Shown here one piece after another: positions 31,793 through 42,400 of a DNA stretch of 64,000 nt. The notes below the pieces were generated by a model that was not told the DNA's origin, did no database searches, and was given only the letters and a program-made list of their open reading frames with translations. Both the position numbers and the translations under genes were made by a program. The DNA is from Gemmatimonadota bacterium (GTDB lineage: Bacteria > JBHIER01 > G020348925): NCBI GenBank assembly GCA_020348925.1, contig CP070758.1, positions 824,469 to 888,468 of the forward strand, given 5' to 3'. How positions within the stretch are numbered: position 1 is the first letter of the stretch; each line of letters begins with the position of its first letter.

Positions 31793-31812
31793 GTAACATG
31801 AGAATTATTGAG

Positions 31813-32721
31813 ATGAAGAAAATCCATTTCTTAAAAAGTTCAGACCAAATTTTCCTGGGGATGTGCGTCTCTGTCACAATTGTCTTTATATTACTTTTTG
31901 CGGTTGGGGCTGTTGCGAGAATAAATTTGCCGCAGCTTTCAGATACACTTCAGGTTGCGAAAGAAGATCAAGATCGTTTAATCAATTATTTTGAGGGGTT
32001 TGAGGGTTACTCTGATATTGAAATTGAAAAGGATGTAGAGAAAATTTTACTCAACGCCTTGAAAGGTATATATGATTCTGCCTGCTCGGAGATGATTTCC
32101 TACTGGGGAACAGTAGCCGAGGGAACAGCAACCCTTACTGTTCGTGTTGTTTTTATACACACTGACACAGTTTCTACGAAAAGAGGTGTACTCTTCACAA
32201 TTAAATGTCATTCCAAGTACAAAGAATACGGAGAGAAATATTGCGATGAAAGACTGGCTGTACTCTCGACTGCACCGGGAAATGCATCCATCATATTGCT
32301 GCCTCATGCTGAGGATTGTAAAAATTGCTCTGAGTTATCAAGCATAAAATTCGAGCAAATAGTACAGAGGAATCCTCTCATTATTGTTTTATCTATCAGG
32401 ACCACAAACGATAATCCCTGCTGTGGGGGGGCTTATGCGTATAGCGACGAGAAAGTTTATTATTATGCCTTTCTTGAATCGGGAATAAAACAGGTGGCTT
32501 CCGTCGTTCGATACCGGTCTGAATACTCACATGATGATGTCGAGGGGGATTACAGTAAGATTTATGAATCAAAAATAAGGTATGCATCGGACCCGACGGG
32601 AAGCAGTACCCGGATAATTTCAGAATACGTAATCACAACGAACGGTGTTGAGGAAGGGAGTGGCACACAATCCTATTTTTGGAATTCGGAAAATGAGGAA
32701 TTTGAAATCATGCAGAAGTAG
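31813..32721 (+). CDS. Hypothetical exported Cys-rich protein
   Basis: Long ORF, N-terminal hydrophobic segment, paired Cys (CKNC, PCCGG); start codon uncertain. Confidence 0.7.
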   Translation: MKKIHFLKSSDQIFLGMCVSVTIVFILLFAVGAVARINLPQLSDTLQVAKEDQDRLINYFEGFEGYSDIEIEKDVEKILLNALKGIYDSACSEMISYWGTVAEGTATLTVRVVFIHTDTVSTKRGVLFTIKCHSKYKEYGEKYCDERLAVLSTAPGNASIILLPHAEDCKNCSELSSIKFEQIVQRNPLIIVLSIRTTNDNPCCGGAYAYSDEKVYYYAFLESGIKQVASVVRYRSEYSHDDVEGDYSKIYESKIRYASDPTGSSTRIISEYVITTNGVEEGSGTQSYFWNSENEEFEIMQK

Positions 32722-33045
32722 TCCAATTATATAAAAATTCACACATACTGTTACTTGTCAAAAGCTGCAAAAAGAAGCTGAGGCGAGGGCGCGTTTCTTT
32801 TGGAAGTGAGCTTCCGACGGCCGATCATTCTCCTAAGATTTCGCCGAACCTCTGACGCTCCGCTGTCGCCAGTGAGGGGTTACCACCAGCTTCCACCTAT
32901 CCCCTCTTTCTGAGATTCACCAAATATCATAAAGAGGAAGTTCGTCGGGTCGTAGAAAAGTCAAAAATTTTAGAATATTTGGTACACATTCGGCTTCGTA
33001 CGGCTGAGCTCCTTTTTATCCGTCGAGGTACTTGGAGGTCAAAGA

Positions 33046-33564
33046 ATGAAACTCGGTGTCAAGGATCTGGAAATTGAAGTGCGTGCAGGAACTGTCGACG
33101 ATGTCCCTTTACTGATGTCCTTCATCAAGTCAATGGCGGAATTTGAGAATCTTGAAGTCACCACGACCGAGGAAATCTTACGGGAATCGCTCTTTGGTAA
33201 CCACCCGGCAGCGCATACGCTGCTTACTTTTGTTAATGGCAGGCCTGCTGCCTATGCGGTGTATTTCTTTACCTTTGCGACCATGGTGGGAAAGCGTGGT
33301 CTGTGGCTGGATGACCTGTATGTTGAGCCCGACTTGCGGGGGAAGGGCATAGCCAGGGCTCTGATGGCTTACCTGGCCGATCTCGCAGTGGGGAACGACT
33401 GTGGGCGCTTTGAGTGGATGGTACTCGACTGGAACAAGCCTGCTATCGATTTTTACCGGGATGTGGGCGCAACTGTGCTCGATGCCTGGCGAATATGCCG
33501 TCTTGATGAGGAGAGGCTGGCGAATCTTGCTGGACGGCTTGTACGAAAAGATGATGCCGAATAA
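33046..33564 (+). CDS. GNAT N-acetyltransferase (diamine/spermidine acetyltransferase-like)
   Basis: GLWLDDLYV...RGKGIA, RFEWMVLDWNKPAIDFY; RBS GGAGG. Confidence 0.92.
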   Translation: MKLGVKDLEIEVRAGTVDDVPLLMSFIKSMAEFENLEVTTTEEILRESLFGNHPAAHTLLTFVNGRPAAYAVYFFTFATMVGKRGLWLDDLYVEPDLRGKGIARALMAYLADLAVGNDCGRFEWMVLDWNKPAIDFYRDVGATVLDAWRICRLDEERLANLAGRLVRKDDAE

Positions 33565-33768
33565 CTCGAGTTTGCGCCCGACACCACAACCGACTGTGTC
33601 GACGAAACTTCGTAAAACTTGAGAGTTTCACTTCGACGGGGTGGCACACTGCACGTCAGTCAGCAATCACAATGTCCATTTTATACCGCATACCGGAGCT
33701 TGTTCTTTTTTGGTTTTTCTACGTTCACTCGTGTTGGTCAACCAGCCCGGTGAGCTTGGTCGTTACCC
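33556..33768 (+). other. One or two degenerate attC-like sites
   Basis: GCCGAAT at the gene end; ends in GGTGAGCTTGGTCGTT, a 16-mer identical to the attC at 24767-24838. Confidence 0.55.
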
Positions 33769-33849
33769 GTTTGAGAGAAGTTCATTTAAATTCCTATTAA
33801 ACTCTAAGCGTTTCGTGGGATGTTGTATAATATTTTTTGGAGGAAGAAA

Positions 33850-34644
33850 ATGAAAACTTACTTATCGATTTCTGTCTTTGTTTTCTGGTATAGCATCGGT
33901 CATTTGTTTGCGCAAGATACATCACACGTTACAGCACAAGGCACATTACCTGATAATCACCTTCTATTCTCTTTACACTTACTCAACGATAAATTGGAGG
34001 GAGCAAATGAATATTTGGAAGGATTTAAAGTTTCAATGGATCTCCCCCATCGCTATTTACAGCAAGGATTAGATGGAGACAGTTTATTGTCGGCAGTTCG
34101 AAATCGGGAAATAAGGGGCACCCTGACGTATCCAAACGGAAAAACGACTCCGATAAAATATGAAGTTGTCCATCACAGAGAAACCGAAGATATTTATATG
34201 AAAACAACATTGGGTTATTTTTTGTGGGAAAGTGTAGCCATTCGAAATGATACATTGTTTTTTGTTATTGATTGGTGGTACTGCCCTCCTGCCCGTAAAG
34301 TTGATTTAGAAACTTTGGAATTGGCCGAGCAACTCTTAGGGAATCCAAACAATTGGCATAAAAACGATGACAGAAAGTGCGAGGATGATATTGAAAGTAA
34401 TCGGTGGAGTCTTTTTTGTGCTTTAAAATACGCCTCAATCGAGATAATGGGTGAATACAATCATCATAATACTGCTATGCAGACAGTGAGATTCGTAATA
34501 GATGATATAATCCCTGCTCACGGATTCGAACATACTCTGATGGATTACAACAATTCACCATTAACGAAGCATGAGAATATTTTAAATGTTATAGATGTTG
34601 CTCAGAAAAGAGTGAAACAAGAACTGGAGAAAATTGACAATTGA
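33850..34644 (+). CDS. Hypothetical secreted protein (C-terminal WSLFCAL...LMDYNN domain)
   Basis: Signal peptide, RBS GGAGG, AT-rich like neighbouring cassette genes. Confidence 0.75.
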   Translation: MKTYLSISVFVFWYSIGHLFAQDTSHVTAQGTLPDNHLLFSLHLLNDKLEGANEYLEGFKVSMDLPHRYLQQGLDGDSLLSAVRNREIRGTLTYPNGKTTPIKYEVVHHRETEDIYMKTTLGYFLWESVAIRNDTLFFVIDWWYCPPARKVDLETLELAEQLLGNPNNWHKNDDRKCEDDIESNRWSLFCALKYASIEIMGEYNHHNTAMQTVRFVIDDIIPAHGFEHTLMDYNNSPLTKHENILNVIDVAQKRVKQELEKIDN

Positions 34645-35011
34645 AAAAGACCACACATCCAACGTATGCTCTGAGTGAAACGCGATAGGCTTTTTATGAG
34701 CCGAAAGTAGCCGGGCGCTTTTTTCCCAACGATCCGTGACAGGGTGACTGGATACGTGAGAGGGGGAGGAGATAGCCGAGCAGGAGAGAGACGGGACAAT
34801 CGAAGAGCTTCGGGGCAGGGGCCGAAGACGGACGTCTTGGATGCAACCGTGTGAATCTCACGACCAGTTTCACGTATCATCGGTCAATGTTCTCAATCCC
34901 CAGTCATCCCTCCAATTCTTCAGCAAGAATCCGCTGTATCCGCTATCCTTTCTTAAGGTTATGAAAAAAACGAACGAGGAGAAAAAAAGTTTGAACTGGG
35001 CATAGTCAATT

Positions 35012-35145
35012 TTGAAGTCTGCGTCTTTCAAGTCACGACGATTTTCTGGCTCCCCAACTCCAGTTTGGAAGCCAAATTATTATTGTGTTTGCACATATGA
35101 TGGAACGAATTCTTCTTGATAAGCAACAAATACGCTGTTGGGAAG
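35012..35145 (+). pseudogene. Possible remnant of a REP-associated tyrosine transposase (RAYT) C-terminus
   Basis: Frame LKSASFKSRRFSGSPTPVWKPNYY resembles RAYT FKSA...PVWQRNYY; stops follow; REP-like palindrome downstream. Confidence 0.4.
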
Positions 35146-35251
35146 AACAGGCTCTGTTGCATTTGTCAGGCAAGGAATAATAAGGAGACCCAGTTTCCCA
35201 TCCAAGAGCGAGCCCAAAAGGGGTTTGGAACGAGGAGCAATCCTGGGAAAG

Positions 35252-35279
35252 GTTGGGGCGAGCGGCCGTTCGCCCCATC
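35252..35279. repeat. REP-like palindrome
   Basis: TGGGGCGA-GCGGCCGT-TCGCCCCA, close to the GGGCGAACGGCCGTTCGCCC REP type. Confidence 0.55.
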
Positions 35280-35471
35280 CGGTAAACGATAGTATGCTGC
35301 AAGACCAACGTACGGGGTTCTTTCAACGTGCCTGGTTCCGTCATTACGACAATGGGAATGTCTCCTTTTCAGCCGAATAACAATGGTTTCTCAATTAATC
35401 CTTGACATTACCTCTTTCGTATACGAAATTACTATGTTGTTTGAAAGGAAACATTGGGGAGTGTATCTGAT

Positions 35472-35846
35472 ATGGAGATTCGAGAGATAGACGAGCTGAC
35501 AGACCGCAGGGAACTCAAAAAAGGGCAGAAAGTTGAATTGCTGCGCGATTTCTACGACACTACCGATTTGAGTGAAGACCGGAAGCCCGTCCATAGAATG
35601 GGCGACGTCGGAAAAATCAATGGCTTTGGAGAAATTTACAGCCAGGAGATCGTGACTGTGGAGATATGCCATCACGGCCTGGGTATCTTTGAGGTCGTTC
35701 CCCTCCGCCCCTCCGATGTAAAGATTGCTCCAGATGAGACGCCAGTCACAGAGCCCGATCAAAGGCTCGATGATCCGGACGAATCCCCCCAGAGCCTGGA
35801 GGAGGATCAGCCCGTCATCCTTTTGGATATAAAGAAAGCTGAGTAA
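35472..35846 (+). CDS. Hypothetical protein (small beta domain plus acidic tail)
   Basis: RBS GGGGAG; coding-like composition. Confidence 0.65.
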   Translation: MEIREIDELTDRRELKKGQKVELLRDFYDTTDLSEDRKPVHRMGDVGKINGFGEIYSQEIVTVEICHHGLGIFEVVPLRPSDVKIAPDETPVTEPDQRLDDPDESPQSLEEDQPVILLDIKKAE

Positions 35847-36147
35847 GGCTGCTCAAATACCCGCAGTGCACTTCCTGCCTCCCGGATAATCCCTCTTCTA
35901 TTCTAACATCTTGTTGTCCCTGTCGTTTCACAATTTCGGTCCATATTTTCAGGCTCGATATTCTTTCATGATTCGGAGCAATGTGGGGGCGAAAAGAGGA
36001 TGTTTTGGTCATTGAGTTGTTTTCTTTCATTTTAGGTAAATTCCTTGTGATACGTAGGCTAAAGGCCCTATATTATAAGGATTTTTTGGTTGCATTTCAA
36101 TAGGAGAATAGTATATTCATGGATCTCTTTTGAGGAGGATGAGCGTT

Positions 36148-36837
36148 ATGGCTTCAGTTCAGGAAAACGTCGCTGACGTTCAGGAGAAAATAAACAGGGC
36201 CGCCGAACGGGCAGGACGAGATCCCGCCGATATCACCATAGTGGCTGTGGCCAAGGGGGTGGATGTGGAGCGGATACGACAAGCCCTGGAGGCCGGCATA
36301 CCAATCATTGGGGAGAATAAGGTTCAGGAGGCTCTTCAGAAAGTGAAAGCCCTGGGAAGCGGTGCTCCGTGGCACATGGTCGGCCACCTGCAGCGCAATA
36401 AGGTCAAAGAGGCAGTACGTATCTTCAGTCTCATTCAATCGTTAGATAGCCTTCGACTGGCCGAGGAGATCAATTCGAGGGCGCTGACGGCTGGTACCAT
36501 AATGGATGTATTGGTTCAGGTCAATACCTCCCAGGAGGAGTCGAAATACGGACTTGAGCCCCAGGAGACCCTCGATTTTGTGAAAACGGTTTCTTCTTTC
36601 AAAGGGTTGAGTGTCCGGGGATTGATGACAATCGGGGCCTTTTTGCCCGAGCCGGAACAGGTTCGACCCTGTTTTCGACTCTTGAGAGAGGTGCAGGAAC
36701 AAATAATCGATGCCCGTATCCCCAACATTGAAATGGATTATCTTTCCATGGGCATGACGAGTGACTTTGAGGTGGCCGTCGAGGAAGGGGCCAACATGCT
36801 CCGCATCGGGACAGCCATCTTCGGCCCACGGGAGTAA
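36148..36837 (+). CDS. yggS: Pyridoxal phosphate homeostasis protein
   Basis: GENKVQE, WHMVGHLQRNKVK, LSMGMTSDF, RIGTAIFG. Confidence 0.96.
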   Translation: MASVQENVADVQEKINRAAERAGRDPADITIVAVAKGVDVERIRQALEAGIPIIGENKVQEALQKVKALGSGAPWHMVGHLQRNKVKEAVRIFSLIQSLDSLRLAEEINSRALTAGTIMDVLVQVNTSQEESKYGLEPQETLDFVKTVSSFKGLSVRGLMTIGAFLPEPEQVRPCFRLLREVQEQIIDARIPNIEMDYLSMGMTSDFEVAVEEGANMLRIGTAIFGPRE

Positions 36838-36863
36838 TATAGAATTCAGGTATTTACAACGCC

Positions 36864-37688
36864 ATGGAATTACTTAATTTTCTCATCACCCTCTATATTA
36901 TTCTGTTGCTGGTGCGGCTCTTTCTGCCGTGGAGTGGGGAACTGCTCTTCAATCCCCTTTACAGGGGCATCGTCAAATTGACCGAGCCCGTGCTCCAGCC
37001 ATTGAGACGAATTGTGCCGAAAACGCGCACCGGCTTTGATGTCTCGCCTCTTGTGGGTGCCATTGTATTGATCCTCCTCAGGGGCTTCATCCTCGGTCTG
37101 GCCCAAGGGTTGAAAGGATCGGGGGCTCTGCTTGTCAGTGCCGTAGGCCTTTTGAATCTTATTTACGGAGCCGTGGGAATTCTATTGCTCGGCGTTCTTT
37201 TCGTCTCCATGGGAAGTGCTTTTTCCTACAGCCGCTTCACGCAGGTGATGCTGGCCTTAACAGACCCTATTATTTATCCTATACGGCGTTTCACGGGCTT
37301 CCGGGAGAGGGGGGTTGACTGGGCCCCAGTGGTCGGCATAGTCCTTGTGATCGGTTTGAGATCCGCACTCATGTACGGTCTTTTTCACATGAGCGGGGCT
37401 TCACACCAGATTCCGAACATCCGTAATATATTCGCCGAGAGTACATACCTCATGGTCGATACGTTGATCACATTTTTAATGATCGTTATGATTGCGCGAG
37501 CCGTTGTATCCTGGATCAATCTCGATCCGTATAATCCACTGGTGCAGACGGTTATCTTTTTTTCGGATCCAATCCTGACGCCCATCCGTCGGGCTGTACC
37601 TGCCTGGACCATGGGGTTGGATTTCTCGCCCATGTTTGGGGTCATCCTCCTTATGATCGTGCGGTACGTCGTGCACCGTGTTGTTTGA
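36864..37688 (+). CDS. yggT: YggT family membrane protein (repeated domain)
   Basis: Three TEP/TDP/SDP..PIRR...D(V/W/F)(S/A)P repeats; follows yggS. Confidence 0.88.
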   Translation: MELLNFLITLYIILLLVRLFLPWSGELLFNPLYRGIVKLTEPVLQPLRRIVPKTRTGFDVSPLVGAIVLILLRGFILGLAQGLKGSGALLVSAVGLLNLIYGAVGILLLGVLFVSMGSAFSYSRFTQVMLALTDPIIYPIRRFTGFRERGVDWAPVVGIVLVIGLRSALMYGLFHMSGASHQIPNIRNIFAESTYLMVDTLITFLMIVMIARAVVSWINLDPYNPLVQTVIFFSDPILTPIRRAVPAWTMGLDFSPMFGVILLMIVRYVVHRVV

Positions 37689-37707
37689 ATGTGAAGGAGA
37701 TATTCTA

Positions 37708-38409
37708 TTGAAAATTACACCTTTAGATATACGTCGGCAGGAATTTAATCGAAAGGTGCGAGGACTCGATCCTGAGGAAGTCCAGACCTTTCTGGAGATG
37801 GTGGCCGATGAGTTCGAAGCCGTGATCAAAGAGAATACGACCCTCAAGGATCGTATGTGTGGCCTGGAGTCCCAAGTTAACAGTTTCCGCGAGATGGAGA
37901 AAACGTTGCAGGATACGATCGTTACTGCTCAAAAGGCGAGAGATGAGGCCAAGTCTGACGCGCACAAAGAGGCGGAATTTATTGTTCGAGATGCCGAACT
38001 GAAGGCAGAGCGATGGATCGAGGAAGCTCGTCAGGAAGTCATGTACCTGAAGAAGGAACTGGCAACACTCAAGGGGCACAAGGCCTCCTTTCTTGCAAAA
38101 ATGAGGACGCTTCTCAATTCCCAGTCCGAGCTTCTCAATGTCCTGGAGCTGGACCAGAAGGACCTCCTTCAGGAAAAGAGATCGGCGTCTTTTGGGAATG
38201 AAAAGACGACAAATGACCGGACAGCTGAGAAGAAATCAGCACCGTCTGTAACAGAATCAGGAAGCGTGGATAGGTCTTACGGGCATGAAGGAGAAAAGCG
38301 TCGTCCTTCAGGTCCGGGTCCAACCGCGGGCATCGGTGAACCGGATCGAAGGTATTCTGGAGGACGGAACTTTGAAGGTGAAAGTCACGGCACCTCCGGA
38401 AAGGGGTAA
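37708..38409 (+). CDS. divIVA: DivIVA domain protein
   Basis: ITPLDIRRQEF...RGLDPEEVQTFL, coiled coil; RBS GAAGGAG before TTG. Confidence 0.9.
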   Translation: MKITPLDIRRQEFNRKVRGLDPEEVQTFLEMVADEFEAVIKENTTLKDRMCGLESQVNSFREMEKTLQDTIVTAQKARDEAKSDAHKEAEFIVRDAELKAERWIEEARQEVMYLKKELATLKGHKASFLAKMRTLLNSQSELLNVLELDQKDLLQEKRSASFGNEKTTNDRTAEKKSAPSVTESGSVDRSYGHEGEKRRPSGPGPTAGIGEPDRRYSGGRNFEGESHGTSGKG

Positions 38410-38554
38410 AGCGAACCGAAGCGTTGTGCGTCTGTTGGCACATCACTTTGACGTGAAACCGTCTCAGATCGAAATTGTTTCCGGGCATACGTCCGGGCGG
38501 AAGACGGTCAGAATACTTGGCTTGGATGCCAATATTGGGAAACGAGATTTCTGA
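38285..38554 (+). CDS. DUF167 (YggU/UPF0235) family protein
   Basis: VRVQPRAS, LKVKVTAPPERGKAN, SGHTSGRK. Confidence 0.9.
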   Translation: MKEKSVVLQVRVQPRASVNRIEGILEDGTLKVKVTAPPERGKANRSVVRLLAHHFDVKPSQIEIVSGHTSGRKTVRILGLDANIGKRDF

Positions 38555-38578
38555 AGGCCATAGAAAGCTGACAAAGAG

Positions 38579-39400
38579 ATGCCGGAATTGAGAGAACAGA
38601 TTGCCGAATCAGTGACATTCGTTCGTTCACAAACCGGAACTGAGCCTGAAATCGGGATTATTCTGGGGACGGGTCTGGGAGCTCTGGCCGATGACGTTGA
38701 GAAAGAAGCGGTTATCCCTTACAAGGAGATCCCCCATTTTCCCACCTCAACACTCTCTTTCCACGCCGGACAGCTCATTCTGGGTACGTTAAACGGAAAG
38801 AGGCTTGTAGCAATGGAGGGCAGGTCCCATCATTATGAGGGATACACTTTGAAGCAGATCACATTTCCGGTGAGGGTCATGAAGGCTCTCGGGGCACAGA
38901 CACTCATTGTTTCCACCGCCTGCGGGGCGATGAACCCTCAGTTTCAACCGGGTGACATTATGATCATTACCGATCACATCAATCTTTTTGGTGATAATCC
39001 TCTGATCGGACCGAACGACGACGAGCTCGGGCCGCGTTTTCCGGACATGTGCGAGGCGTACAGTCGGGAGTTGATCGCTCTGACGGAACAAGTGGCTTTG
39101 GCAGAGCGGATCAGAGTACAAAGGGGAATCTATGCGGCCATGACAGGCCCGAGCTTGGAGACGGCCGCAGAATATAGATTTCTGAGAATAATCGGGGCCG
39201 ACGTTGTCGGTATGTCCGCAGTGTCAGAGGTGATCGTCGCCGTCCACTCCGGGATGAAAGTGTTGGGCCTCGCCGTGGTCACCGATATCTGTCTGCCGGA
39301 TCACCTCGAAAAAGCGGACATCGAAGGTATCATCAGGACGGCCGAAGAGGCCGAACCGAAGCTGACCACAATCATACGACAGGTTGTGGAGCGCATGTGA
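38579..39400 (+). CDS. punA: Purine-nucleoside phosphorylase
   Basis: ILGTGLG, GRSHHYEG, DHINL, GPSLETAAE, VGMS. Confidence 0.93.
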   Translation: MPELREQIAESVTFVRSQTGTEPEIGIILGTGLGALADDVEKEAVIPYKEIPHFPTSTLSFHAGQLILGTLNGKRLVAMEGRSHHYEGYTLKQITFPVRVMKALGAQTLIVSTACGAMNPQFQPGDIMIITDHINLFGDNPLIGPNDDELGPRFPDMCEAYSRELIALTEQVALAERIRVQRGIYAAMTGPSLETAAEYRFLRIIGADVVGMSAVSEVIVAVHSGMKVLGLAVVTDICLPDHLEKADIEGIIRTAEEAEPKLTTIIRQVVERM

Positions 39401-39436
39401 TTCAGAGTAAAGAAGGTATCGTTGGAGTGAGAGCGT

Positions 39437-42400
39437 ATGTTTCGAGACGTAACGACGCACCTTGATTTTCCGAAACTTGAAAAGAGGATCTTAGAATTTT
39501 GGGAGAGAGAGGGGATCTTTCAAAAGAGTCTGGATCAGCGGGCCGACGGTGAGGGTTTTGTCTTCTTCGAAGGACCCCCGACAGCCAACGGTAAGCCTGG
39601 TGTGCATCACGTTCAGTCAAGAACGTTCAAGGACTTCGTCTGCCGGTATAAGACGATGAAAGGGTTTCAAGTTTTGAGAAAAGGGGGGTGGGACACTCAC
39701 GGCCTACCGGTCGAGATCGAGGTGGAGAAAGAGCTCGGTCTGAAGTCGAAGGATCAGGTCATTGAGTACGGCATTGATCGTTTTAATGCGAAATGCAAGG
39801 AGAGCGTCTTTCGTTACGAAAAAGAGTGGCGGGAGGTGACCCGGCGGATCGGTTTTTGGCTGGATATGGAGCACGCATATATCACCTGCACCAACGACTA
39901 TATCGAATCGGTGTGGTGGAGTCTGAAACAATTCTGGAAGGATGGTAAAATTTACCGCGGTCATAAAATACTGCCTTTCTGTCCCCGTTGCGGTACACCG
40001 CTCTCCAGCCACGAAGTGGCCCAGGCTTATAAGGACGTGACAGAACCTTCCGTCTACGTGAAGATGAAACTGGCGGATGAGGAGAACACCTATTTCCTCG
40101 TCTGGACGACAACACCTTGGACTCTCATCTCAAATGTTGCCCTGGCCGTGCATCCGGGCTCAGAATATGCCAAGGTGAAGGTGGGCGATGAATATTGGAT
40201 CCTGGCTTTTTCACGACTCGAGGTTCTTGACGAGAAATACGAAGTGGTCGAGCGATGCAAGGGCAGTGCTCTCAAGGGGGTAAGATACGAGCCGCTCTTC
40301 ACATTTTCTGAGACGGACAAATCCGCTTTCTATGTGGCCACCGCTGATTTTGTGACCATGGGGGAGGGGACGGGGATCGTGCATATAGCTCCGGCCTTTG
40401 GGGAGGACGATTACAACTTGGGAAAAGAGTACGATCTGCCCATTGTCCAACCGGTGGATGAACGGGGTGCCTTCACCGATGAAGTGACACCGTGGGCGGA
40501 CCGGTTTGTGAAGGATGCTGATGCGGAGATCATGGAGGATCTGAAGGGACGAAACCGGTTGTATAAGATCGTCGACTACCTCCATAGTTACCCTCACTGC
40601 TGGCGCTGCGACACGCCGTTGCTCTATTACGCCCGGGCGTCGTGGTTTATTCGCACGACGGCCTTCAAGGATCGGCTCATCGCTCGGAACAGCGAAATTC
40701 ACTGGTACCCCAGAGAGGTTGGATCGGGGCGGTTTGGCGACTGGCTGGAGAACAACGTCGACTGGGCACTCAGTCGCGATCGTTTTTGGGGGACGCCGCT
40801 GAATATATGGATCTGCGCTCAATGTGGGCAGGAACACAGTGTTGAGAGTCTGAAGGCATTGAGACAATTGAATCCGGAGGTTCCTGAGGATCTCGATCTC
40901 CATCGGCCTTTCGTTGATGCCGTGTCGTTTCCCTGTGCATCCTGCGGTGGAGAGATGAGGAGGACACCGGAAGTGATTGATGCCTGGTTTGATTCCGGTT
41001 CCATGCCTTTTGCCCAGTGGCATTATCCCTTCGAGAACACGGAGATTTTTGACGAAAACTTCCCCGCCGATTTTATCAGTGAGGGGATCGATCAGACCCG
41101 GGGTTGGTTTTACTCGCTGCTGACGATTGCGGCCTTTCTCTTTGACAAGCCGTGTTTTAAAAATTGTGTGGTCACAGAGCTCGTTCTGGATAAAGAGGGC
41201 CTGAAGATGAGTAAATCCCGGGGAAATGTCGTCGATCCCTGGCAGGTCCTGGAGACCCAGGGTGCCGACCCTCTGAGGTGGTACCTCATGACGGTCAGTC
41301 CGCCGTGGGTGCCCACATGCTTCGATTACGAAGGCGTTGCGGAAGTGACCCGGAAACTCTTCGGAACCCTGATGAACGTTTACTCATTTTTCGTCTTGTA
41401 TGCCAATATCGATGGATTCGAGCCAAGCGAGGTCACAATCGCAGTGGCTGACAGACCGGAAATCGATCGCTGGATCACCTCCAGGCTCCATTCAATGTTG
41501 AAGGCAGTCAACGAGTATTTGGAACGGTATGATATTACGAAAGCAGCGCGTCTGATTCAAAATTTTATCATTGACGATCTTTCGAATTGGTATGTTCGAC
41601 GATGCCGACGCCGTTTCTGGAAATCGGAACTGAACGCGGATAAGAATTCGGCTTATCTTACGTTGTACGATGTCCTGGTAACAACCGTCAAAATGTTGGC
41701 ACCCTTTGCACCGTTCATATCCGAAGATATCTATCAGAATATCGTGCGTTCGATATCGGAAAAGGTGAGTGAGAGCATCCATTTATGTCAGTATCCTGAA
41801 GCCGACGTTGGACGTATTGACGTAAGTTTGGAGTCCAGAATGGGCGCAGTTCAAAGCATCGTCGTCTTGGGTCGGGCGGCGAGAAACAGGTCTGGCATTA
41901 AGGTGCGGCAGCCGCTGCCGAAAGTGTCGGTCGTTTATACGGGCGACGGGGAGCAACCCGACGTCGGGGATATGGAATCGCTCATTTCGGAGGAGTTGAA
42001 TGTGAAGGAGATTCGCTTTCTGGCGCAGAAGGAGAATCTCTATGTCTTGAAGGCGAAACCGAATTTCAAGACCCTCGGGCCGAAGTTCGGAGGGGACGTA
42101 AACACAATTGCCCAAGCGATCAAGGAGCTTGCTCCTGAAGACGTGGCTCAAGTAAAAACTGCGGGAAGCGTGTCGCTCCCTGTGCAGGATCAGGTGATTG
42201 AGATACGCCTTGAAGATGTTGAAATTACAAGTGCCGAAGGTGAGGGATGTATTATTGAGGAGGACGGTCAGTTTGCCCTCAGTCTCGATACTCTTATTAC
42301 GGAGGAGTTGAGAGATGAAGGATATGCTCGAGAATTCGTGAACAGAACTCAGGCCACGAGAAAGCATGCCGGCTTTAACGTTACCGACCGAATACATATC

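Noticed and set aside
21676-35450. Integron integrase or attI site
   Set aside because: No tyrosine recombinase motifs found in the ORF track or in the intergenic frames I read.
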